Below are positions 18,174-26,507 of a stretch of 64,000 nucleotides of DNA, one piece after another (position 1 is the stretch's first letter; every line of letters starts with the position of its first letter). This stretch comes from a virus (lineage: Duplodnaviria > Caudoviricetes): positions 121,667 to 185,666 of the IMG/VR virus record IMGVR_UViG_3300021255_005861; one strand, given 5' to 3'. The position numbers and the translations under genes are program-made. The notes beneath the pieces are model-generated. The model was given only the letters and a program-made list of their open reading frames with translations, was not told where the DNA came from and searched no databases.

Positions 18174-18983
18174 ATGGCATTTTTCGACATGGAAGAGATA
18201 AAGCCCAAGGAGGAACCGTCCTCCGACGGGAGAATTATAACTCTCAACGGCAAGAAGGTGCACGTCCTCGGTATCCGCAGGCTCACTCCCGCCGAGTGCG
18301 CCCGCCTGCAGACCATACCCACGTGGTACGCATGGTACGGCAACTACGCGGATGAACTCGTGGACGGGGTGTCCACGAAGGGGTATAACGTGGCCCTCGG
18401 GCTGCTCTCGTCGGACGTCGTCACCAAGAACGTGTCCGAGGTGCTCTCCGTCATCCCCGTGGTGGAATCCTCGTGCACGCAGGTCAAGGCGGAGAAGCTC
18501 TCCGTGTCCTTCGATACGGACATCCCGGATTCTAGCGCCCGCTCGGTGTTGTTCGTCAAGGGCAAGGACGAGACGTCGCTCCCCGCCGGGTTTACCCGTG
18601 AGGTGGACATGGGAGGGTATCAAGTGTCGGTTATGCCTTCCGGCGTGCTGTCGGGCAGGTTGCCGGAGTCTACCGACGAGGTGGGTTTCATCAAGGTGCT
18701 CAAGGGCTTGCACGACGAGAGCCCCGTTACGGCGGTGTCGTACTTGATAGCGTGGTCTCTGTGCCGCGGTATCCTCGCCACGATGCACGGGGTGTCCCTC
18801 CGCGTGGACGGGACATGCACGGTCGCGGCAGGCAGGCTGACGTGGGAACTAACGTCGCTCCGGATTGGGCAGGTCAAGCAGATAAGCGACTCCAGCATAT
18901 ACAAGGCTCTCGGCAACGGGTGGACGGTGGATGTCGTCAAGCACTTCTTCTCGTTCCTCCCGAAGGAATGGCGTGCGGCGTGA
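18174..18983 (+). CDS. Split C5-cytosine methyltransferase, C-terminal part (motifs IX-X) with ~180 aa insertion
   Basis: IRRLTPAECARLQTIP (IX) and YKALGNGWTVDVV (X); own RBS and ATG. Confidence 0.85.
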   Translation: MAFFDMEEIKPKEEPSSDGRIITLNGKKVHVLGIRRLTPAECARLQTIPTWYAWYGNYADELVDGVSTKGYNVALGLLSSDVVTKNVSEVLSVIPVVESSCTQVKAEKLSVSFDTDIPDSSARSVLFVKGKDETSLPAGFTREVDMGGYQVSVMPSGVLSGRLPESTDEVGFIKVLKGLHDESPVTAVSYLIAWSLCRGILATMHGVSLRVDGTCTVAAGRLTWELTSLRIGQVKQISDSSIYKALGNGWTVDVVKHFFSFLPKEWRAA

Positions 18984-19649
18984 AGGACTGGACGGGAAAT
19001 CGCAACAGCACGGTAGCGCTACTAGGTAGCACCCGCGACACGGAAAACGTGCGTGAGGACAACGACTTCTACGCCACGCACCCGCTTGCTACGGAACTGT
19101 TGCTTGAACTGGAGGAGCTCTCGCACGATGTGTGGGAACCCTGCTGCGGGCAGGGTCATATCGGGAAGGTACTCGCGGCACGGGGCTTCAACGTGAAGGC
19201 TACAGATCTTGTCTACCGCGGATATGGTAGGGGGGGGGGAGGACTTCCTGCAGTGCACTACCCCGTTCGACGGGGATATCGTCACGAACCCCCCGTACAT
19301 GTACGCCCCAGAGTGCGTCATCAAGGCATTGGAGCTCATCCCCGAAGGCCGCAAGGTCTGCATGTTCCTCAAGCTGCAGTTCCTGGAAGGACTTTCCCAC
19401 TATGAACTTTTCAAGGCATACCCGCCACGGACTATTTACGTGGCCGTACGCCGCATGCAGTGCAGCAAGGGCGGGAAGTTCCTCGACGCCTCCATGGTGT
19501 GCTATTGCTGGTTTGTATGGATTAAGGGGTTTAAAGGTACACCCGAATTGAAATGGTTCAACTACGAGGCCCGCGAGACCGCATATCCCGAACTGCTGCA
19601 CATCGCCAACCCCGAAGATACTCCAGGCACATACCCGAAGTTCTTCTAG
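18980..19649 (+). pseudogene. Adenine (amino) DNA methyltransferase, frameshifted at a G10 tract
   Basis: DFYATHP, WEPCCGQG in one frame, TNPPY in another; G10 at 19230-19239; G9 gives GYGRGGEDFL. Confidence 0.8.
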
Positions 19650-19696
19650 GGGGGTCTGCTATATTATATTCAACACCTGCATAAAGGAAAAAAACT

Positions 19697-20770
19697 ATGA
19701 TTACTATCGAACACGAAAAACTCCTCTCCGCCCTCAAGAAGGTGCTCCCCGGCGTTGATGCCGGCACTACCGTCGTTACGGGCGCAACCCAGGTACTCTT
19801 TACCGGCAAGGCCGTCTGCTCCTACAACGGCACGACCTCCGTCACTACCCCGCTGGATATGCAGGAACTCGCCTTCTCCGTCAAGGGGATGGACCTGTAC
19901 AACCTGCTCTCCAAGTTCAACGAGCAGTCCGTGGAACTGGATGTCGCGGGAAATAAGCTGAAACTCAAGTCAGGCCGCACCCGCGCCTCCCTCACTACGC
20001 TGGACGGGACTACCCTGCAGGCCAACGTGGACGCCCTTGCCCTGGGCGACGTGGAGTTCAAGCCGCTCCCGGACACCTTCATTACGGGTCTTGCCATGTG
20101 CAAGTTCAACAACCCGAAGAAGGAACTGGATGGCATGGCCGTGGGTCCGTACAAGGACGCCTCCGCCATCTTCGCCACCGACACGAACCGCATCTGCATC
20201 TACGAACTCCCGGAAAAGATGGACGACTTTTGGATCGGCAGTTCCGCTATCGGGACTATTACCAAGCTCGGCACGCCGAAGGAATACTGCGTATCCGGTG
20301 CATGGCTCCACGTCAAGTACGACGATGGCACGGTTCTCTCCGTTACCCGCGTCAGCGGCACCAAGTTCCCGTACCCCGTTCCGCAGTGCACCGCCAACAT
20401 GGACGCGGCGCTCAAGTCCGAGCCCATCCTCGAGGGCACGCTCCCCGAGAACATCAAGGACGTTGTCGCCCGCGTGTCCGTGCTCGCGTCCTGCGTGAAC
20501 AACACGTCCAACATCATCAAGATGTCGTTCAGCGCCGAGGGTATCGAACTATACGCCGAGAACAACGACGGCTCCGCCACGGAATCCGTGTCCTGGGGTA
20601 CCGCTCCCGAGGGAGAGTTCCAGCCGACGGACATCTGGGTGGACAAGGCCTTCCTCCTCGAGGCCACGAACACGCTCATCCGCTTCAGCCTGTCCCGCGT
20701 GGGCAACATGACGGTAATGCTGTTCCGTACCGAGGGCTACAGCCAGCTCGTTGCCACGATGCAACGCTAA
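19697..20770 (+). CDS. DNA polymerase sliding clamp (beta/DnaN-like)
   Basis: 357 aa, directly upstream of the polymerase; ATDTNRI (cf. ATDGHRL), KFPYP. Confidence 0.7.
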   Translation: MITIEHEKLLSALKKVLPGVDAGTTVVTGATQVLFTGKAVCSYNGTTSVTTPLDMQELAFSVKGMDLYNLLSKFNEQSVELDVAGNKLKLKSGRTRASLTTLDGTTLQANVDALALGDVEFKPLPDTFITGLAMCKFNNPKKELDGMAVGPYKDASAIFATDTNRICIYELPEKMDDFWIGSSAIGTITKLGTPKEYCVSGAWLHVKYDDGTVLSVTRVSGTKFPYPVPQCTANMDAALKSEPILEGTLPENIKDVVARVSVLASCVNNTSNIIKMSFSAEGIELYAENNDGSATESVSWGTAPEGEFQPTDIWVDKAFLLEATNTLIRFSLSRVGNMTVMLFRTEGYSQLVATMQR

Positions 20771-20794
20771 CTATTTGGTGCATAAAATACCTCA

Positions 20795-20825
20795 CACGGG
20801 CGGAGGATATCCGCCCGTGCTTTTT
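20795..20825 (+). terminator. Rho-independent terminator
   Basis: CACGGGCGGA/TCCGCCCGTG stem plus T-run. Confidence 0.65.
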
Positions 20826-20843
20826 CAACCTCACAGGATTTTC

Positions 20844-23516
20844 ATGGGTTTCTTCAATATTCAGCCGGAAATGGTAGCGCCCCCGAAGAAGGGTGGATGC
20901 GACGCGTGCAATATGGACAGGAGCGGGGTAGACGCCCCGTTCGTGGGCGACGGCAGGGACGGGGTGCTTATTCTCTCCGACCTTCCCGCCAAGTACGAGG
21001 AAAACGGCGAGGACAAGCTGTTCACGGCGAGGCACTACGACTACCTGTGGAAACTGCAGGGCAAGAGGGGGCTTCCCGAATATTTCCTTGAGAAGGCGTG
21101 GCTCGGGTACGTCATCCCGTGCCACAAGGGAAACAAGGAGCCGGTGTACTCGTGCTGTTCGGCCCGTCTTGAAAGGCTCATCAGCGAACTGAAGCCGAAG
21201 GTCATCATCCCGATGGGTCCGATAGCGGTACAGGCGCTCATTTGGAACAGGATGGCGGGGCGAATCACGAACACGCTCCCGTCGCACCTCTACGGCAAGC
21301 AGATCCCCGACCGCTACTACAACTGCTGGATATGCCCCACGTACGGGACGGAGTTCCTCTCGTGGCAGCGGGACGACCGGTGCCCCTACGACTACTTCGC
21401 CCAGCATATCCGCGCCGCGTGGAAACTTATCAACGTACCGCTTCCCAAAATTCCCACCGATATCCGAGTGACGGGCGATCCGAAGGAGGCCGCCAAGTGG
21501 ATAGACGAGATAGTCGAGTGGGGGGAGGCAGATATCCTGGACAAGTCCCCCGAGGGGTATCACGACGTGGCGATAGACTACGAGACCACGGGGCTCAAGC
21601 CCCACCGCGACGGGCACGCCATCAAGGCCGCCTCGGTCGGGTACCGCAAGGACGGGGAGTACCATGCGATAGGCTTCCGATGGTACGGCGACTGCAAGGA
21701 ACTCGTGGACGCTTGGTACAAACTGACGCACCACGACAAGATAGGCCTCGTGGCGCACAAGGCGGACTTCGAGGCGTGCTGGACCCGCTTCCGCGCCGGC
21801 CTTAACGACGGGCGCACGGACTGGCCCACGAACTGGTCATGGGACACCTGCCTCGGGGCGCACGTCATCGACAACAACCAAAAAACCGGGCTCAAGCTCC
21901 ACACGTACTGCGAACTCGGAGTGCTCGGGTACGATACCGAGGTGGACTCGTTCCTGTCCACGATGATGACGGGCGAGGACAAGTCAAGCTGCAACGCCTT
22001 CAACCTGCTCAAGGAGCCCGTTGGCGTCCCGTGGAACGAACTCGTCTACTACTGCGGGCAGGACTCGCTGTACACCATATTTATCCGCGACAGGCAGTCC
22101 GCCCAGATGGTCGGGCTCGAGAAGCCGTTCCGCTTCTTCATGGGCGGTATGGACGCCCTCGCGAAGGTGCAGTCCGAGGGGCTGCCGATAGACTTTACCA
22201 AGATAGGGGCGCTCCAGGCCGAACTCGACGAGAAGTTCAAGGAGGCCGAGAAGGAGGCGCTATGCACTGAGGAGGCGAAGAAGTGGATGGAGGCGCACCC
22301 CGGAGAACTCTTCAACCCGCTCTCCAACAAGCAGGTCGTGGAGGTTCTCTACGGGCTATGCAAGATGAAGCCCCCTTCCGGCAAGGAGGACGCCACGGGC
22401 GACACGCTGGAGAAACTCGGGACTCCTCTCTGCAAGGCCATTCTCGGCATGCGCAGGTGGTCCAAGATAAAGGACTTCCTCAAGGGATACGAGCGCGAGG
22501 CCGTGTACGACGAGGAGAAGAAGTCCTACCTCATCCGACCTTTCTTCAACCTGTCCACGGGCGCGGGAGGGGAGAACAACGCGGGACCGCGTACCTATCG
22601 TTCGTCCGCCGACAGCCCGAACTTCCAGAACATCCCGAAGCGCGACAAGGAGATGAAGAAACTGCTCCGTTCCCTATTCGTAGCCCCCAAGGGATACCGC
22701 TTCATGGAGATGGACTACAAGAGCCTCGAGGTCATGGTGTCCGCAAGTTACCACCACGACCCGCAGATGATTCACTACCTGCAGAACCCCGAGTCCGATA
22801 TGCACCGCGACACCGCCTGCGACATGTACATCCGCAAGCAGGACGAGCTGACGAAGGAGGAGCGCTCCTCAATCAAGTCCGGTTACGTGTTCAGTTCCTT
22901 CTACGGGGCATCCTACAAGTCCTGCGCCCTCAATATGTGGAACAACATGCCAAAGTACACGAAGGAGCATCTCGCCAACGACTGCGGCATCAAGACCTAC
23001 GACCAGTGGGAGGAGCACGTCAAGAAGGGCGACGACATCTTCTGGAACCAGCGCTTCAAGGTGTACAACGGTTGGCGCGAGAAGGAATGGGAGCGCTACC
23101 AAAAATATGGCTATGTGCAGTCCTATACGGGATTCCGCTGCTGGGGTCCGATGGGGTATACGGAAGCCACTAACCGGTGTATCCAGGGGAGTGCGTTCCA
23201 CATCCTGCTCAAGGCATTGCAATATGACCTACGGGACATCAAGGAGCAGGGGCTTCAGTCCGTCATTATAGGCCAGATCCACGACGCCATCATCGCTCTC
23301 GTCAAGGAGGGCGAGGAGGATGCGCTGGCCCGCATCGTCTACCGCAACGGCGTGGAGCGCGTGAGCAAGGAGTTCCCGTGGATATGCGTCCCGCTCGTAA
23401 TCGAGGCCGACGCCTCCGACGTGGACGGCTCGTGGGCGAAGATGACCGAGGTCGGGGCGCTGGGACCGGACGGCATCGCGGACCGGGACTGGATAAAGAG
23501 ATACGAGGCGCACTGA
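20844..23516 (+). CDS. Family A DNA polymerase with N-terminal UDG-like domain and 3'-5' exonuclease
   Basis: DYETTG exonuclease I, PNFQNIP, DYKSLE (motif A), R...K...FYG (B), IHD (C); N-terminal Cys-rich UDG4-like region. Confidence 0.9.
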   Translation: MGFFNIQPEMVAPPKKGGCDACNMDRSGVDAPFVGDGRDGVLILSDLPAKYEENGEDKLFTARHYDYLWKLQGKRGLPEYFLEKAWLGYVIPCHKGNKEPVYSCCSARLERLISELKPKVIIPMGPIAVQALIWNRMAGRITNTLPSHLYGKQIPDRYYNCWICPTYGTEFLSWQRDDRCPYDYFAQHIRAAWKLINVPLPKIPTDIRVTGDPKEAAKWIDEIVEWGEADILDKSPEGYHDVAIDYETTGLKPHRDGHAIKAASVGYRKDGEYHAIGFRWYGDCKELVDAWYKLTHHDKIGLVAHKADFEACWTRFRAGLNDGRTDWPTNWSWDTCLGAHVIDNNQKTGLKLHTYCELGVLGYDTEVDSFLSTMMTGEDKSSCNAFNLLKEPVGVPWNELVYYCGQDSLYTIFIRDRQSAQMVGLEKPFRFFMGGMDALAKVQSEGLPIDFTKIGALQAELDEKFKEAEKEALCTEEAKKWMEAHPGELFNPLSNKQVVEVLYGLCKMKPPSGKEDATGDTLEKLGTPLCKAILGMRRWSKIKDFLKGYEREAVYDEEKKSYLIRPFFNLSTGAGGENNAGPRTYRSSADSPNFQNIPKRDKEMKKLLRSLFVAPKGYRFMEMDYKSLEVMVSASYHHDPQMIHYLQNPESDMHRDTACDMYIRKQDELTKEERSSIKSGYVFSSFYGASYKSCALNMWNNMPKYTKEHLANDCGIKTYDQWEEHVKKGDDIFWNQRFKVYNGWREKEWERYQKYGYVQSYTGFRCWGPMGYTEATNRCIQGSAFHILLKALQYDLRDIKEQGLQSVIIGQIHDAIIALVKEGEEDALARIVYRNGVERVSKEFPWICVPLVIEADASDVDGSWAKMTEVGALGPDGIADRDWIKRYEAH

Positions 23517-24298
23517 TGGAACTGAACCGCATATACAATATTGACTGCCTTGAGGGGATGCGAGATATTCCTGATAAGAGCATAGATTGTGTTATCTGTG
23601 ATTTGCCGTACGAAGTCTTGAATAAGGGTAACAAGGATGCTCAGTGGGATCGAATGCTTCCGTTCAAGCCCCTATGGGAACAGTACCGCAGGATAACTAA
23701 GCCAAGTGCAGCTATCGTCTTGTTCGCCCAGGGGATGTTCACTGCGCAACTAATGATGAGCGAACCTGACATTTGGCGGTATAACCTCATATGGAACAAG
23801 GACCGTGTAACGGGATTCCTCAATGCCAGGAGGATGCCCTTGCGTAGCCATGAGGACATCTGCGTGTTCTATGACAAGCTTCCGACGTACAACCCGCAAA
23901 TGACGAAGTGCCTGCCGCACCAGCGCAATCATTCTCGCGGCAAGCAGGAAGGGAAACAGACTAATCGCTGCTATGGTGCTTTCGGTAAGGCTCAAGACAA
24001 TATCACCGACGAGAAGTACCCACGTTCCATTATTACGTTGCAAAACAAGGTGCAATGCAATATACATCCAACTCAAAAGCCCGTGGAGCTAATTTGTTAT
24101 TTGGTAAGGACATACACGAATCCCGGTGATATTATTCTTGATAATTGCATGGGCTCTGGAACTACCGCCGTGGCCGCTGCCCTAGAAGGGCGTAAGTTCA
24201 TTAGATTCGAGACGAATAAGGAATACTTTGATAAGGCTAATGCGAGACTTCGGGAACTCACGGGGCCGTTCAAGATATTCGGGGATATAGGCATTTAG
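23516..24298 (+). CDS. Beta-class N4/N6 DNA methyltransferase (paralog 1)
   Basis: DLPY, HPTQKP, LDNCMGSGTT. Confidence 0.9.
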   Translation: MELNRIYNIDCLEGMRDIPDKSIDCVICDLPYEVLNKGNKDAQWDRMLPFKPLWEQYRRITKPSAAIVLFAQGMFTAQLMMSEPDIWRYNLIWNKDRVTGFLNARRMPLRSHEDICVFYDKLPTYNPQMTKCLPHQRNHSRGKQEGKQTNRCYGAFGKAQDNITDEKYPRSIITLQNKVQCNIHPTQKPVELICYLVRTYTNPGDIILDNCMGSGTTAVAAALEGRKFIRFETNKEYFDKANARLRELTGPFKIFGDIGI

Positions 24299-24300
24299 CC

Positions 24301-24323
24301 GATTTTGCCCACCTGCTATATTG
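24301..24323 (+). promoter_or_regulatory. Promoter-like motif TTTTGCC-N5-GCTATA
   Basis: GATTTTGCCCACCTGCTATATTG. Confidence 0.7.
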
Positions 24324-24351
24324 AAAATCACCCTAACTAGAGGAAAACGCG

Positions 24352-24663
24352 ATGACTAAAGTAGCACTCAAGATTATCTCCGACGTCCAAGAGGTAGTGG
24401 AATCCACTATGGACAATATGGACACGATGGAAATGAAGCAGGAGGCGTCCGAACTCCTCGGCAACCTCCGAGGCGTACTGGAGGAGGCCACCGAGCAACT
24501 CGACGATATCGCGATGGACGGGGTCTCCCTCCGCGACTCCTGCCACCAGGTGCTCGTGAACGCTGAGATCGAGAACCCCTCCGTGGCAGACGTGGACCGC
24601 CTCTACGAGGCCGTTAAAACTATTCTCGTGAACGACTTCGGCGTGTCCGAGGCCAATGTCTAG
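24352..24663 (+). CDS. Acidic hypothetical protein
   Basis: 103 aa, GAGGA RBS, follows the promoter motif. Confidence 0.65.
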   Translation: MTKVALKIISDVQEVVESTMDNMDTMEMKQEASELLGNLRGVLEEATEQLDDIAMDGVSLRDSCHQVLVNAEIENPSVADVDRLYEAVKTILVNDFGVSEANV

Positions 24664-24763
24664 AATCTAGAGGGCGCCGGAGGCAAAGCCTAAATCCAAG
24701 GTTAAAAAATCTTTCTATTCAACCGCCGAAGGTGCCCTTTTTCTCTTTTGATGGAACTATCCC

Positions 24764-25030
24764 ATCAACTACCCACGGGCTAAAGACCCGTGAGTTTGGG
24801 GCGACTCAGGCTCATAGTTGATTAGGCTCAGTGATAGGAGGCAACTCTTTGAACTACGTTGGAAGAATCATGGCACCTCGGAATGTTTGTCCAAGTTCCC
24901 CGCTCTGCCGTATGTCATTAAAAGTCCTGATGGGTAGGGACGGTGTGGCATACCTAGTAAGTTCTTCCAACATTGCCGATGGACACCCACAGGGGAAACC
25001 CTGCATTACCTGTTAAATCAAGTTAAAAAG
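24764..25030 (+). ncRNA. IscB omega RNA scaffold
   Basis: ~270 nt non-coding region 5' of iscB with typical segments (CTACGTT, GGCACC..GGAATG..TCCAAGTTCC, ACATTGCCGATGG). Confidence 0.7.
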
Positions 25031-25039
25031 GAACCGAGA

Positions 25040-26308
25040 ATGGTCTATGTGCTGAACAAAGATGGCAAACCGTTGATGCCGACCAAGAGGCTGGGCAGGG
25101 TTCGTCGTCTTTTGAAGGAGCGTAAGGCCGTTATCGTAAATTACCACCCGTTCACAATCAAGCTGACCTACAAGTGCCCCGACCAGACGCAGGAGGTCAG
25201 ACTAGGCGTAGATGCAGGCAGTAAGCACGTAGGCCTGTCTGCTACCACAAAGAAGAAAGTATTGTTCGAGGCTCAACTGGAATTACGGGATGACATCGTA
25301 AAGAAGCTGGCTACCCGACGTGAATTCCGCAGGTCAAGACGAAATCGCAAGACGCGCTACCGCAAGTCCCGGTTTCTTAACCGTACCAAGACGGAAGGAT
25401 GGCTTGCACCATCCATTAAGCACAAGGTATGGACTCACCTATGGAACATCGGTAGAATCAAACGAATACTGCCTATAAGCAAGATAACCATAGAGGTGGC
25501 ACAGTTTGATACCCAGTTGTTGAAGGCGCAGGAACTTGGAACGTCAGCCCCGCAAGGTACTGATTACCAGAAGGGAGAACAGCTTGGTTTCCGGAATGTA
25601 AGGGAGTACGTTCTGTTCCGTGATGGGCATAAATGTCGCTGTTGCAAGGGAAAGTCGGGAGATTCCGTTCTCAACGTGCATCACATAGAGTCTCGGAAGA
25701 CCGGAGGTAATGCACCCAATAACCTTGTGACGCTTTGTGAAACTTGCCACAAGAAATATCATAAGGGTGAAATCAAGCTCCCAGCATCTATCAAGCGGGG
25801 CTCCAGCTATAAGGATGCTACATTTATGGGTATTATACGTAAGGAAGTATATAGAATGTCTAGGGTAGTGAACAACACGCTTACATGCCCGGTAGACATT
25901 ACCTATGGCTACATTACCAAGAACACCCGAATCCGGTATGGATTGCCTAAAGAGCATACTATTGATGCTAGATGCATCAGCGGAAACCCGATGGCTGCCT
26001 GCACCGAAGGCGCACTGATTATCAAGCCCTTGAGACACCATAACCGACAGCTACACAAGGCATCTATCTTGGCTGGAGGCATACGTAAGAACAACCAGGC
26101 TCCTAAAGAAGTGTTCGGATTCCGCCTTATGGATACCGTACTATATAATGGGCAAGTATGCTATGTCAATAGCCGTAGGACATCAGGCTATTTCTCCCTT
26201 GTAGATATCTACGGGAAAGTTTTAACCAACTCTGTCAGTTACAAGAAATTGACCAGAATCAATCACAATAACTACATCATAGGAGGCGCAATTCCTCTCA
26301 CCCACTAA
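25040..26308 (+). CDS. iscB: RNA-guided endonuclease IscB
   Basis: PLMP domain, RuvC GVDAG/IEVAQFD/HTIDA, Arg-rich bridge helix, HNH (VHHI...NLVTLCETCH). Confidence 0.95.
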   Translation: MVYVLNKDGKPLMPTKRLGRVRRLLKERKAVIVNYHPFTIKLTYKCPDQTQEVRLGVDAGSKHVGLSATTKKKVLFEAQLELRDDIVKKLATRREFRRSRRNRKTRYRKSRFLNRTKTEGWLAPSIKHKVWTHLWNIGRIKRILPISKITIEVAQFDTQLLKAQELGTSAPQGTDYQKGEQLGFRNVREYVLFRDGHKCRCCKGKSGDSVLNVHHIESRKTGGNAPNNLVTLCETCHKKYHKGEIKLPASIKRGSSYKDATFMGIIRKEVYRMSRVVNNTLTCPVDITYGYITKNTRIRYGLPKEHTIDARCISGNPMAACTEGALIIKPLRHHNRQLHKASILAGGIRKNNQAPKEVFGFRLMDTVLYNGQVCYVNSRRTSGYFSLVDIYGKVLTNSVSYKKLTRINHNNYIIGGAIPLTH

Positions 26309-26338
26309 AGATAGGTGAGTTTCCTTGCGTATTTTATT

Positions 26339-26506
26339 ATGAACTTTTATGAACTTAAAACTAGCCTTGGCCTTGAAGACCTCGTTGCCGCACTGCTCCG
26401 CAGTGTGGACTCGGACGAGCCCAGCCTGGGCTTGGTTCTCGCCGTCACGGACGACATCAAGAAACTACTCATAGAAAAGTACCACATTTCAGAGGTATCC
26501 CTATAA
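26339..26506 (+). CDS. Small hypothetical protein (55 aa)
   Basis: MNFYELK...; starts immediately after the IscB right end. Confidence 0.5.
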   Translation: MNFYELKTSLGLEDLVAALLRSVDSDEPSLGLVLAVTDDIKKLLIEKYHISEVSL

Positions 26507-26507
26507 T

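Larger units (their letters stand above)
24764..26338 (+). mobile_element. IS200/IS605-superfamily IscB element
   Basis: Starts ATCAACTACCCACGGGCTAAAGACCCGTG hairpin; ends after CTCACC-CACTAAAGATA-GGTGAG hairpin; ends approximate. Confidence 0.8.

Noticed and set aside
18340-18878. Fourth intein in the C-terminal MTase subunit
   Set aside because: No C/S/A start with block B TxxH and no terminal HN followed by C/S/T
24670-24742. c-di-GMP-I riboswitch or self-cleaving ribozyme
   Set aside because: Only a GCAAAGCC fragment matches; remaining conserved core elements are absent
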